Assembly (NCBI RefSeq): GCF_030144855.1
Contig: NC_082709.1
Span: 53,196,001 to 53,260,000, forward strand
Source of the DNA: Hypanus sabinus
Lineage: Eukaryota
Direction of reading: 5' to 3'
DNA length: 64,000 nucleotides
This document shows, piece after piece, positions 45,420 to 59,099 of the stretch; position 1 is the stretch's first letter; each line of letters opens with the position of its first letter. A model generated the notes under the pieces. That model worked only from the letters and a program-made list of their open reading frames with translations, did no database searches and had not been told where the DNA came from. Both the position numbers and the translations under genes were made by a program.

Positions 45420-47710
45420 CTTGGTATCCCATCCTCCTTTGAAAGCAGAGTCTGCAGCACCTCATACAGCTACATTACTGACAGAAACTTTGCTTCAATG
45501 AGCAACATGACGATGGAACACCAGACACATCTAATGAATTTTGTCTTGAAGAGAGTTAACTTAAATGTATTGCCCAGTAAAAACTGAGAATAAATGGGCT
45601 TTTCACAATATAACTGGATTGCACTCTTCCTAGTTTTAAAGCATTTTGTAAGTCTTCATGTTGAAAAGATGAGAGCTTCATTCTGTTCAAAATAGGACTG
45701 ATAATTTCAAGCAAATGTTGACACAGGTTTTCCAGGCAGTTGTTGACTTCCTTCCTTTTCCTGAGCTGTTTACCTGCACTAATTGATTGTGTTTTCTCCT
45801 TCACTCTCCCCTTCCCCTCCCACGTGAATTCTGAGGTCAGCATACAGCCCAGGAGCCAGGAACCCTGACCACAGCTCTCATGACCACTGTCAACAACCCC
45901 CAGTCCAAAAACAAAGCCCTGGGTGAAGTGCCCATACTCGGGTCACTAAATAGCTTCTGTTTATTCTGATACCCTGTCCTTTATTCAGATATGATTCTGT
46001 AGTAATGCTACAATAATATTAACTCAATGTGGGTAGAGGCAGCTGGTAGATATGAAATAGTCTCTTTGTTCAACAACATGAGACACAGCTGGCATCATAT
46101 TGAGACCCTTTCAGAGGAAGAGGCTTGCTTGATCCAACATTACATGACATTTTCTATGCTACAGATCAAAGGACAATTCTATATTTATGATGTATCTACA
46201 ATACTTCCTTTGAATTACATACATCTTTCACACCTCTTTCTTTGTATCCACACTACAGATATCCAAATGAATGTTAAATCATCATTTTCTGATTTTTCAA
46301 TGGGCACTTTGGAACTCATTGACCAGATCTACAGAACATATTCAAATCTGAAGATTGGTGGCTGAAGTTAATAGTTAATATTTTGCCATATATCCTAAAG
46401 AGGTTTGAGCAAGTGCTCCACACATTGAAGATCAATGCATGACCATGGTCAAAACTTTCCCAAAGACCTGTGATTCAAATCTTCGAGCATTAACTCTGGA
46501 GTAAACATGAACATGGGATTATCAATACATTAGGTGTTTACTGCACTATTGCTATTGTTGACACTAGGTGACTGGAACAGAACAACAAATTCTTATATCA
46601 CTACCTCAAAGGCAACACTGGGGCATTGCAGCATCTTGTTGTCTGTTGCAGTGTGAATGCTTCAGCTTCTGGGTGTTGGATTACTCATAATCCTTGATTA
46701 CTGTTTATCAGCACGTTTGTTAAGTTATTTATCAGCAAACTGGATTCTTGGGAGTGAAATGGGGAAGGCATCCCACACAAACTTGGCTGGTAGATAAAGA
46801 GACCATCAGCTTACGAGCTTCCCACAAAACCATGTTGTACGTGCCCAACGTGTGCACACTGCCCCTGCATCAGTGAACTGGTACTCCCACACACGGCACA
46901 GTGGATCACCACGATGGTCAGCGCTGCTCAGAAATACTCAACTGTGGGAAATCTTCATTCTGTTTACAGATCTGATTAACCAAACACTGACATGTTTGCT
47001 CCAAGTTTAACCCATTGAAAATGAATGAGTTAAGGTTAGTGTTACTGGAATGATGCCTGGCAAATTGTGGCAGAGCTAAGAGAAGTGCAGCGCACCACAA
47101 GCCAACTCAGTGTTGGATGTTATTGAATGCTGTTACATCAGAACTTTGCAGATGATGGAGTGGCACGATATTGCTTCAGGTCTCTGTCCTTCACTCAGAC
47201 TTCACCCATGACATTGCCTACTAATTAGTGACCATGTAAAGCACTACATCAATGATGCCAAGAAATGGCCTCAACAGTAATATACCTTTTGAACTGGTCA
47301 TGTCTCACATGCTCCTGTAACATCCTGTGTTGGGCTCTGCTGGTACCAAGGAAACAACCTGCCAGAGTGTTAGAAAGGGCATTGAAATTACAAAATGTGG
47401 ATAGGATGGAAGTACTGGCATGTTACGAGTGATGAGATACTGAAAGCAGGAAATCTGAGATTCCAAGACAATTTTCATCTGTGTAGAGAAGGATTAATAG
47501 GAAGTCAATAGAAGTTTATTGTTGTCACTTGGTGGTCACTTCCTAAGAATAAAGAGCAGGTTGTGAGGGCCATTGATTTAAACCTGTCCCCAAGAGAGTA
47601 AGAGTGAAGTGAAATCAGACAATGCTGGAAATAAATGTCAGGTCAGGCGGTGTTATAGAGAAACTGTGGAGAAACAATTGACATTTCAGGTTGTTGACCC
47701 AGTTGATCAG
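45420..47710 (+). repeat. Duplicated upstream block (copy C unit)
   Basis: Homologous to 16440-18610 and 61840-63790. Confidence 0.85.
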
Positions 47711-50700
47711 AGCAGTTCTTGATCCTCTCTCTTTCTCTCTCTCTCTCTCACACATTCACACTCTCTTTCTCCCTCTCCAGAGCCACTGACTTTCTCTCAT
47801 ATTTTCTGTTTTTATTTCAGTTTTTCAATATCTTCAGGTATTTTTCTTCTCACCTTGTAGGAGTGACAGTTGGAGACATTTTATGTGTAGCTATTAGAAT
47901 AGCTATTGCAATGCTGTTTTAAAGATCTGTACACTTTCAAGTAAAGGTATAAAAACAAAAAAGCCAAGGAAATAACTCTAATGATGATTAAACCAGGTTA
48001 CAGTGTGGTACCCATTCAAATCTTGCTCCTCTTCCCTCTTTTTTTATACAAACCATCTCTTCTCTTTACTTCCAGCTAAAATGAAGAGACTAAATGAAAT
48101 CTTGCCTGTCAATTTCATGCCATTGATGCTGCCTGATTTGCAGAATTCCTCCAACACCTTTGTATGATAGTTCAGATTTCTACCATTCGCAGTCCCTTGT
48201 GTCTTCAAAATTAGATCATAGTACATTAGAGCACGATACAGGCCTTATGGCCCACGGTGTTGTGTTGACCTTTTAACATACTCCAAGATCAATCTCACCC
48301 TTCCGTTTAATTTCCTGTCCATTATTTTTCTATCATCTATGCACCTTTCCAAGTGTCTCTTAAATATCCCAGATGTAACTGCCTCTACCACCAACCCAGG
48401 CTGCACATTTAATGGACAAATCACTCTTTGGTTAAAAAGCTTACCTCTGACATCCTCTTTATACTTTCCTCCAATCACCTTAAACTGATCTCCACTCATA
48501 TTAGCCATTTCTGCCCTGGGAAAGAATATCTGGCTGCCCATTTGATCTGTACCTCTTGGCTTGTTTGTCTATATCACTTCATGTTTGATCCTCCTTCAAT
48601 CCAAACAGAACAGTTCCAGGTTGCTCAACCTATCTTTGGAAGAGATACTCTTCAAACCAGGCAGCATCTGAGTAAATCTCCTCTGCACCCTCTCTAAAGC
48701 TTCCACATCACCCCTATGCTTTCCTAAGTGGCCCTGAGCTGCAGTCTCTGTGAAGTAACAACTCAGCTTTAGTTGTTTTTAATTGTTTAATAGCTTTTTA
48801 TTGGTTTCTGATGATGGTTTTGAATACGGAAAGTACAGTTAGGGGGTCAGGTTAGGGTTTAGGATCAGAGATGTTAGATATTAGAGATCAGGCCAGAGTC
48901 TGAGTCTCCATTCCAGAGTCAAGGACCAATGATGCAGATGAGGGACGTTCATGGTCGCATATTGGATGTTAGATGTCGGACCTGCAGGAAGTGAACATGA
49001 ACCTCCTCCGCTCACCCCAACAAGGCAGCATGTTAGAGTAAAGAGTCATAAGGTCATACTGCACAGAAACAGGTCTTTTGGCCCATCTAGTCCATGCTGA
49101 ACCATTTAGTCTGCTTTGCTCCACCACCCAAACCATAACATTCCAAACTCCTCACATCCCCGTACCGATCCAAACTTGTCTTAAACGTTGAAATGAAAAT
49201 CACATCCATTGCTTCTTCTATGAACACCCTCTGAGTGAAGAATATTCATCTCATATAACCATTAAATATTTCACCTTTTATCTTTAACCCATAATCTCTG
49301 GTTGTAGTCTCACCAACCTCATTGGAAAAAGCCTGCTTGAATTTACCCCATCGATACCCCTCACAATTTTGTATACCTCTAGCTATTCTAATTTATTCAA
49401 TCATTCCTTATATTTCAAGTTCTTCAGTACCAGCAACATACTTGTAAATTTTATCAGTACTCTTTCAATTATACTTTCATCTTTCCTGTAGTAAGTGCAA
49501 ATTAGGCCTCAATAACAACTTCAACATAGCATCCCAACTCCTGTACACAATACTTTGATTTATGAAGGCCAATATGCTAAAACTTTCTTTCCGAGCCCAT
49601 CTTCCTGTGACATCACGTTCAATGTGTTACAGACCTGTATTCCCAGATCATTTTCTTCTACTGCATTCCTCAGGGCCCCACTGCTCACTGTGTAAGATCC
49701 TCCTAAAGCACAAAACGTTACATTTGTGTGCATTGAATTCCATCTGACATTTTGCAACCCATTTTTTTTCAGCTGTTCCAGATTCCACTGGAAGAAGTGG
49801 AACAAGTGGTGGATATGATTTCGATTTCAGCGTTTAAGGGAGGTTTGGATAGGTACATGGATGTGAGGAGTTTGGAGGGCTATGGTCGGGGTGATGGAAC
49901 AAGGTAAATTGAATGGTTCACTATAGACTAGATGGGCCAAAGTGCCTGTATCTTTGAAGTAGTTTTCTTTGATAGTCTTTTTTGCTGTCACTACACTCTC
50001 AAGCTTGTTGTCATCTGCAAATTTGGTGATCCAGTTAACAACTTTTTCATCCAGACCATTGATACAGATGGTAAACATCAAAAGACCCAGCACCGATCCC
50101 TGATAGTCTGTGAACCTCTACTGAGGAGGTCAAAGCCTGGTGCTTGTACTGGGTTTAAAGGAGGGTACATGTGCCTGGGTGGGAGAGGGGAACAGGGCTT
50201 GTTCTTGCTTGCTGTGTTTTGTATTGTTCTGCAGAGTGCTGTGGGCCTGCTAAACTGACGCTGGAATGTGTGGAGAAACTTGGGGGCTGCTCCCAGCAGA
50301 GCCTCAAGTGTGTTGGACAATTTGATGTACACATGTGAAATCAACTTACATGTATTTGAATCTATATTGTGACAACCAGAACTGACAACAATATTTGAAG
50401 TGTGATCGAAGTGTGAGGGGTTTTTTGAGCATTACCTCATGGCTCGTGACTTCAATTCACCAGCTGATAAAGGCCAACACACCAAGAGCTTTCTTAACAA
50501 CTTTGTCAACTTTTACTGCAACTCTGAGGTAATCCTTGGGCATGGATTCAAGATTCCTCTGTTCCACCACACTTCTAAGAATCCTGCCATTATTACTGTA
50601 ATTTGCTTTGAAATTCGCCTTTCCAAAGTCAGTTACTTCTCAATTGTACACTCAGTTTGAAGATATCAACTTTGACTGGTGGATACTTCTGGAGGAGTCA

Positions 50701-51089
50701 TTGCACAACTTCTCCCAACTACGCACAGAGATTCTTTACCTTTAATGATGTCATCAGTATTATATAGAAACATTGATAGAAAATGAAAAAGACAGAAGAT
50801 TTCTCTAAACATACTTCGGATTTTTCACTCAGGTATCTTTCAGCAGTTCGCTGGTAATTCTATCACATTTCTTGAACATTGGATGTGCACTGGAGGTAAA
50901 TCATCACGGAATTTAGTTTAACGGTATGATGATTTTGTACAAGTTTGTGATGGTTGTTTCTCTGTAAATTTATTATTTCATATTCCAAGAAATGAAACAT
51001 GATCTCACCCCGTTTCCCACCAAATCTAAACACGATGACGATACCGGGAGGAAGCTCTGCCCATAACTAGAACCCACCTTTCATCTGGT

Positions 51090-51165
51090 TCCGGTGCCCA
51101 CGGTCAGCGAGCTGAGCAAACACGAGTCAGTGTTTGAATGTGGTGGGGGTGCAGGATATAAAGAC
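51090..51165 (+). promoter_or_regulatory. Proximal promoter of copy C, TATAAA at 51157-51162
   Basis: Conserved with A and B; contains inverted forkhead-like GCAAACA / TGTTTG motifs. Confidence 0.75.
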
Positions 51166-51250
51166 CGGAGGCAGCGAGGTGAAGGCAGATCAAGGGAGAG
51201 AGAAGCAGTTCCTTCACTGTGAGAAACTAGCTGATTCCACGCAAACCAGA

Positions 51251-54200
51251 ATGAAAACATTCCTGCTTGCCTTTGCTGCTGTGCAGATCCTCTGCTGCTC
51301 AGGTAAGTACTGGGGAGAACGGAAAACCAGAAAGCAGAAAGTTGTTGGTACTGAGATTCAAGCAACAACATTTCACCCAGGTGTGAGAAGAATTCACAGT
51401 ATATTTTTGGGATACCTTGTATGACTTCCCCTCTCTTTCTGCAGGAGTGCCAAGCACCAAGGAAGCTCTGAGGGCTTCAGTTATAAAGTTGAATGAAATC
51501 ACCGAGATCACCAACCTCTGTGGAGTCACCAGGGGAGGCGTGACAAATGTAAGTGTGCCTTTGGCTAATTGTGTTTCACAAACTATGGATGTGTCTGAGT
51601 GCAGGTCAGTTGGCTACTAAAACTTAACCTAAGAGTAGTTTAACAGCAAAGAACAAATCAAAGGAAAGACAATGTTATGTGATAGGGAGAATAAGTTGCA
51701 ACATTATGTGGATTTGATGAGAGGGAAAGTGGGATTGATTGGATTGGTTTGCTGGGAGCCAGTATAGGCCTGAAGGCTGAGTGGCCTCAAACTTGATAAT
51801 TCTAAGTAAGAGATATATTTTAAGATGAGATGAAGTCTTAAGTGTTCGACATGAGCTGAATATTATATCATGTACAGAGTGGTCTGCTATTTAACTCGCC
51901 ATCAGTATTTGAGTTGTGGAACTTTGATTGGACCAAAGCTTTGGAATTAAGCTTGGAAGTTCAACCAGTCTTTGATTTGGAAGTCTCTGAATGCTTTCCC
52001 AATTTTGTTTGCTAATTTCCTCCAATAATTAAGTGCTCCTGAAAACTATGTAACTATGTATCCCTATCATGATGGTTTAAATGGTAATTTTATCATTGGG
52101 AAAATTAACTGCTTTGTCCGTCTTGGTTGATTTCTCAGACACTATCCATGTCATCATTTGCTGGAAATAAAGCCCTGTGTAACTCTAAGTTTTATCAATC
52201 ACTGTAAGAACACCAGATGGAATAATTCACCAATAATCTTATTTCCTTTCTTCAGACATATCGCACGGGTAAACTGTCCTACAGCGTGGATTTAATGTTC
52301 TCTGTGAAAGAAACTGTCTGCTCCAAGAATTCTGGACAGGAATTTGATGATCCCAGCTGCTCCTTCCGCCCTAAAAACATTGCGGTGAGTCCAGAGTTAT
52401 ATTAGATCTTGCAAGTCCGTGTATGTTTTAACATCAAAATACAGGCTTTAATTACAACCTTTTTCATAGAAATGACCATACATATGCAGTTATATCAAAG
52501 TAAAGGCTAGGAATTGAGTTAAATCATAATCATGTTGGTTTTGTGTCTTGCTTGGAATCATGAATAATTTCCATTCATTATGCTTCATTCCAACAGGAGA
52601 AAGGCTTTTGCAAAAGCCATGTGGAATTTTTTGCTGATAAGGTAGCTGACGTTGATGTGGAGTGTGATGGTCTGAAGACAGTTGACAGCGAGAGTGACTC
52701 AACAGAATCGAGTGAAAACAGTATTGAGGTAACTGCATTCATACAATTCAGGACAATTGAATTTCTAACACAAGATCCTTTACTGAACATTTCACTGTTT
52801 ATGTATGTTGAAGATCTAAAAATAAATATCTTTATCTTACAGGCACAAAGCAAATCAAAAGAAACATTGCCTGAGGAAACCTCAAATGTGAGTATTAATC
52901 AGTAATTTATCAGTCTTTTTTCTTGTTGATCTCAATTGTTCGTGATGAGGTGATTATAATTGCAATGAAATGTTAAGTTCTCCATTAGGAATAGTGGATG
53001 ATGTTTATTACATTTCAGTGTGTGATGAGATTGTTCTCTACTGAAGATGAACTGAGCATCAGCAGAACAGGACTACAGGAGAAGTGTCTGTCAGACTCTC
53101 ATCACTGAGATTCACCAAGTACCAATCCTTCCATGGATTCAATAAAAAGATGGCATGATGCCTGCCCCACCTACTGTAGAAATATCCATTCACTCTGCTC
53201 CAAGCATTTACTGTAGCCAGGCACTTTTTTTGAATAGCAGTTTACTATTGAGGGTAGTCTTTTTATTGAAGCCTCTGCAATCTAATGCTAAGTAATGGGA
53301 TCATCATTCAGAAATGTCAGGATTAATAATTCCTCATTCATAATTTATCATTCTGGTGTTAATTGCTGGTAATGTGGTCTGGTATCTTCAGTTTCTCAAT
53401 AAGATGTGAAACCTAGGTTGATCTGTCTAGGCCTGTTCCAGACAGCGGGGCTGAGAAGACGGAAAATATTGAATATTAGCTCACGCCCACCTCAAGCTAC
53501 TTTCCTATAGTAAAACAGTAAGCCTTGATTCCCTTAACATCCAACAATCCACCAATCCCTGTCTTGAATGAACTCATGACTGAGCCCTCACAGCTCTCTG
53601 GGATAGAGAATTCCAAAGATTCACCATTTGAGTTTCAACTCATTCCTCACTGGACAAGCACCTATTTTGACACTGTGAGCCAATCTCTCAATGCCTTAGA
53701 CTGACAGAAACATATCTACATTACCAATCAAACCCTCTGATAGTCTTGCTCATGGTCAGGCAATCACCTCTCATTGTTTTAACCTGTAATGATTATCCAA
53801 TTTATCCAACACAATTCATCCAACTTATTCTCTTCTCATGTGGCATATGCATCTTCCCAGGAAACTATACCATTGCTGTATCCACTGCCTCATGCAGATC
53901 CTTTTTCAGAGAGCAGACCAAAACTATACAATACAGGGATCAATGCAATTGTAGTATCCCTCTTTTCAAATCCTCCTGCAATAAATGCAATATGCCTTCG
54001 CAATGGCCTGCTGCATTTGTTGCTGAAATGCCCAGAGAGAACAAAAACTCCTTGATAATTCAATATTTAATACTTTACTTTTATTGTCACCAGACAATTG
54101 ATACTAGAGCATACAATTTGATTCTGCATTTTGAGCTCCCTGAAGTACAAATTGAAGTAAATATAATAAAAATGTAAATTATAAATCATAATTAAAAAAT

Positions 54201-57076
54201 AGAAAAGGGAAAGTAAGGTAGTGCACGTCAGGTCCGGATATTTGGAAGGTACGGCCCAGATCCGGGCCAGGATCCGTTCAGCAGTCTTATCACATTTGGA
54301 AAGAAGCTGTTCCCAAATCTGGCTGTATGAATCTTCAAGCTCCTGAACCTTCTCCTGGAGGGAAGAGGGGCAAAAAGTGTGTTGGCTGGGTGGGTCGTGT
54401 CCTTGATTTTCCTGGCAGCACTGCTCCGACAGCGTGTGGTGTAAAGTGAGTCCAAGGATGGAAGATTGGTTTGTGTGATGTGCTGGGCTATGTTCATGAT
54501 CTTCTGCAGCTTCTTCCAGTCTTGGACAGGACAACTTCCATACCAGGTTGTGATGCATCCTAGAAGAATGCTTTCTACAGTGCACCTATAAAAATTAGTG
54601 AGGGTTTTAGGGGACAGGCCAAATTTCTTCAGCTTTGTCAGGAAGTAAAGGCGAACTGGGGATTTTTACTTGTGCAAACTATGGATTTTTCCATTTATAT
54701 GTTATCAAAATTCTTCACTGTCCTGTACTAAACATAAAAATATTATTTCCATACAGAAAAAAGACAAATCAAAAGAGACATCTCTTGAAGACTCAGCTGA
54801 TGTGAGTATAAATGGAAAAAAATTCAGATGATCTTTTTGACCTATGTCAAAAAGATGCTACGTAAATATGTTAAACATCTTAGATTTAATTGTGCCAGAA
54901 TAGAGGGAGAGTGGGTGATTTAGACTATAAGATATAGGAGTAGAATTAGGACACTTGGCCCATTGAAACTGCCCCACTTACTCTAGGTCAGTGCATTGTG
55001 AAAGGTATTGCGAAGTTTGATTCCTTTGGGGAAGTTTGACAGAGGGGCTCCAATACAGAGAATGAGCTTGCTTCCCCTCAAGGATAAAGTATCAACAAGT
55101 GATATTGACAAGATTGGGTGCTGGATATGAAGGCAATGTTTTACACTCACCAGATACAGGGACCAAGTGTTGACACAGAGCAGCTTCAATATATCCAGTG
55201 CCAATTAATGGATTGAGAGTGACATTTTCCCCAAATTATCTACTGATCCCCACACCTCACATTACCTAGGCAATGCTGATTATTGTACGGAATGTAATCA
55301 TTGTGGTGAACACTTCTCCACTGCAATACTGAAGCACAAATTGTGATAAATCTAGGTTTACATGTAATTAAATCATTAAAGGCTTTGTTCAAAGGTTACT
55401 CTACAAATTTTCATTGATTAACATGCTGAGCATATAAATATTGATATTTTCATGCAGGTAAAGAGCAAGTCAAAAGAGACATCAGCAAAAGAGTCTTCCA
55501 ATGTAAGTCTAATCATGGAATTTTTATCCATTGATTTTCAACCAAAATACATGGTGAAACCTAATTTGGGCAAACATAATTAAATGACTACCTAGAGCAG
55601 GGAGAGGATGGCATATTAATGCACAAATTCTCCAAAACGTTCTCTATTCATTTCCTGAGGATGACCAACTTCACCCTGAATGTGAGTTAGTTCTTCACTT
55701 TATTTTGAAATAGAATTTGAAAGGGCACTGTTACCTGGGGTCAAACATGGTTTGTGGGAAGACATAACTGGTGTTTTCATGAAAGGGGGAACCATTGCAT
55801 TTTCCTAATTTAAATGAATAATTACTGGCTCAGTGTCTATATATGTATGGTGCAGGAAATATCAGAACTGAGGATGTCTGTTGGTCAGGGTTGACTATGA
55901 AAGTTACGTCCCAGTTGTCTATGTGTTAAACAAGCCAATGCACAAGCCAAGGCAGTATGATATGGAGAGCCGACTGTTGTCCATGTAGCAGGCTCATCCT
56001 CCTCATGCAGTTGATGAATCAAAAGAAAAGGACAGCGGAGACTGATTGGCACCATTGGTGTTGCAAGAGTTGCCAGCCAGCTTTGAACTCAACATAGGAT
56101 TTCCTTAGAGACTGCAGCTCCAAAGCTTTCCTTGTGGTTTATTCCCGCACCCTGTCCTGTGAGTCGCTATAACCACAAAGCAGTGGAGGTTTGAGGTCAG
56201 AGATTTCCTTCTCCAAGATATGCTGCCAAGCACAGCTGACATGCCCCATCTGTCCAAAGGACTTATTTCAAGGCACCAGTAAACCATCTTTGCCCCTTCT
56301 CCTGTCAGTAGAAACGGTTCCACTGGGCTTAGTAGCTAAGGCACGCATGAAGGCCAGGAGCTGAACTTGGTTGTCAGAACTATTTGAGATGCACACCATT
56401 AGTAGCATTTAATAGGTAGTGGGAGCTTGTCTCCATTATACACTACATTATCCAGCTATAACAGTCAAAAAGAACCGATGATAGCACATCATGAGCCACT
56501 GAAGGAATAAATCATGTGTCTTAGATTAATAGAGTCACAGAGTTATACAATGCAGAAACAGTTCCTCTTGCACTCCATGGAAACAACACCTCATCTATCC
56601 AGCCTCTCCTTATAACAAACCCTGCAGTACAAGTAATACATTTATAATTTTTATTGGCACCTTCTCCAAGATGATGACGTCCTTTGTAATAATCTATCTT
56701 AGAGTCTTATTATACTAACATTTTGCTGAAATTCAGACTGATTGTATGATAAGGATCTCTCAGTGTTGTGCAATTCTGATTTTAAAGTGGTTCTACTTAA
56801 TAATTTACGAACTAAATCTCATTGAACTGTGCATCTGAAAACGTTCTAAAATGCAAAATTTCTTCTTGTAAAACAGATGAAAAGCAAATCAATGGAATTA
56901 TCACTGGAGGAGCCTTCAAATGTAAGAATAAACTGAAGCTTTGTGTCTGACGTGATCATCATTAAAACTAATGACAGAACATTGACGTCAGAGTGAGCTC
57001 AGTCCAGCTGAAAATTACAAACCTGTTCATCTTTCTATTCCAGGAACAAAATGAGAAATCGAGATCCCGTCACTGA
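51251..57076 (+). CDS. SPP2: SPP2/Spp24-like protein copy C (predicted 209 aa; four 15-aa S-x-E-rich repeats)
   Basis: Exons, all GT-AG: 51251-51302, 51445-51548, 52256-52384, 52597-52728; microexons 52843-52887 (AQSKSKETLPEETSN), 54757-54801 (KKDKSKETSLEDSAD), 55458-55502 (VKSKSKETSAKESSN), 56877-56921 (MKSKSMELSLEEPSN); last exon 57044-57076 (EQNEKSRSRH*). SPP2-like paralog. Confidence 0.88.
54076..54665 (-). mobile_element. Rex1/Babar-like LINE 3' fragment in intron 5 of copy C
   Basis: LPSLDSLYTTRC...HPANTLFAPLPSRRRFRSLK...NSFFPNVIRLLN C-terminal motif; absent from copy B. Confidence 0.8.
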
Positions 57077-57293
57077 CCATGAATGAAACTTCACAGAGTC
57101 TGAACTCAATGTGAACACAAGAAGACCTCATTCAGAATCTACAAGATGTTAACAATTGTACTGTACTCACTCATATTCAATACTGAGGGGCCTGGAGCTC
57201 CTGACTGTACATTTTGTTGTACATTGGGGATTTGATTGTTTGTAAATGTTCTGTCCTTTGCTGTATATTATTGTTTAATATATTGTGGATCAA

Positions 57294-57299
57294 AATAAA
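57294..57299 (+). terminator. Polyadenylation signal of copy C
   Basis: AATAAA at the position equivalent to copy B, with a second AATAAA just downstream. Confidence 0.75.
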
Positions 57300-57428
57300 G
57301 TAATAAATACTGAATGGTATATTCACGGAACTGCTTCAGGAAGTTGTTTTGTTTGTCACTGACCTACGGGAGTTCATCCAGTTATTATGCTCAGGTTCAC
57401 CTGTCCCTTGCTGATAGTGTATCTGCTT

Positions 57429-58332
57429 TGGTGGGACCTCCAGATGTGGGGCCACCTGCTGGTGCAGATACTTTGTCTGGTGAGACCTCCTGATGTGGGG
57501 CCACCTGCTGATGCAGATACTTTGTCTGGTGAGACCTCCTGATGTGGGGCCACCTGCTGATGCAGATACTTTGTCTGGTGAGACCTCCTGATGTGGGGCC
57601 ACCTGCTGATGCAGATACTTTGTCTGGTGAGACCTCCTGATGTGGGGCCACCTGCTGGTGCAGATACTTTGTCTGGTGAGACCTCCAGATATGGCGCCAC
57701 CTGCTGGTGCAGATACTTGTTCTGGTGGGACCTCCAGATATGGGGCCACCTGCTGATGCAGATACTTTGTCTGGTGAGACCTCCAGATGTGGGGCCACCT
57801 GCTGGTGCAGATACTTTGTCTGGTGAGACCTCCAGATATGGCGCCACCTGCTGGTGCAGATACTTTGTCTGGTGAGACCTCCTGATGTGGGGCCACCTGC
57901 TGGTGCAGATACTTTGTCTGGTGAGACCTCCTGATGTGGGGCCACCTGCTGGTGCAGATACTTTGTCTGGTGGGACCTCCTGATGTGGGGCCACCTGCTG
58001 GTGCAGATGCTTTGTCTGGTGAGACCTCCTGATGTGGGGCCACCTGCTGGTGCAGATACTTTGTCTGGTGGTACCTCCTGATGTGGGGCCACCTGCTGGT
58101 GCAGATACTTTATCTGGTGGGACCTCCTGATGTGGGGCCACCTGCTGGTGCAGATACTTTGTCTGGTGGGACCTCCTGATGTGGGGCCACCTGCTGGTGC
58201 AGATACTTTGTCTGGTGAGACCTCCTGATGTGGGGCCACCTGCCGGTGCAGATACTTTGTCTGGTGAGACCTCCTGATGTGGGGCCACCTGCTGGTGCAG
58301 ATACTTTGTCTGGTGAGACCTCAAGATGTGGG
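57429..58332. repeat. 49-bp GC-rich minisatellite, 18 full units
   Basis: Unit GACCTCCTGATGTGGGGCCACCTGCTGGTGCAGATACTTTGTCTGGTGA; 'gccacctgc' recurs every 49 nt from 57451 to 58284; no spacers. Confidence 0.97.
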
Positions 58333-59099
58333 ATCTCCTGGTGATGTATCTCCTTTTTCTGTTGGAATCTCCTGATATGTTGGCTAGTTTGCTGCTTTAA
58401 GATTAAGGTCTGGTACTGAATGAGTTGGTATGCATCCTGGGCTGCTTATTTCAACTGCAACAAATCTGAAATCTTTGGAATGTTCAAATTGTTTTTTGTT
58501 TATTCTGGTTAATTCTCCAATCAAAGGAATGAAACTGTGGGTTCCATGAGATTGTTTAGACATATTTTGAAATGAGATATCATTGAAATGAACTCTTACC
58601 TCATTACAGCAACTCTAATATTAATAAACAAGAAATTCTGCAGATGCTGGAAATCCAAGCAACACACACAAAAATATTAGAGTAACTCAGCAGGTCAGGC
58701 ATCTTCTATGGAAATCATTAATCTGTTGCTGTTTACCAATTACACTGTTTCTGGACTGGAAAGGAAGTGGGAAGATGCTAGAATGAAAGGTGGGGAGGGG
58801 GGAAGGAAGTGATAGGCGAAAGCAGGTGGGTTGGAAAGAGAAGGGCTGGAGAGACAGGAATCTGAAAGGAGAGGAGAGTGTGCCACAAGAGCAAGGGGAA
58901 GGTGTAGGGCACTCAGGGGGAGGTGATAGGCAGGTGAGAAGAGGCATGAGCCAGAGTGGGGAATAGAAGAAAGTGAAGGAAGAGAGCAATTTATTTTTTT
59001 CTTGTTTGGTGGGTAAATATCCAAAAGTGTACAGTTGAGTATATCTCTTCAGGTTCGTGTACCTCCTCCCCAATTTCAGAAATTAAAGGACAGCAGATG

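Noticed and set aside
46027-46365. Similar ORFs at 46027-46365 and 62047-62451 as a small gene family
   Set aside because: They lie in duplicated non-coding upstream blocks, diverge in frame toward the 3' end, and show no recognisable domain or splice structure.
6484-57076. Calling the genes true cathelicidins or type-2 cystatins because of FSVKETVC
   Set aside because: ALRASVIKLN, the C-x17-C spacing, the Ser/Glu patch and the 7-10 exon structure fit Spp24 better; cathelicidins have four exons, and there is no QxVxG inhibitory motif. An HMM search would settle it.
57336-58324. Long ORFs (235-316 aa) in three minus-strand frames
   Set aside because: By-product of a stop-free 49-bp tandem repeat; the same 49-aa cycle appears in all three frames and there is no gene context.
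57429-58332. Possible CRISPR array
   Set aside because: Contiguous near-identical units with no unique spacers, no cas genes, and a eukaryotic context.
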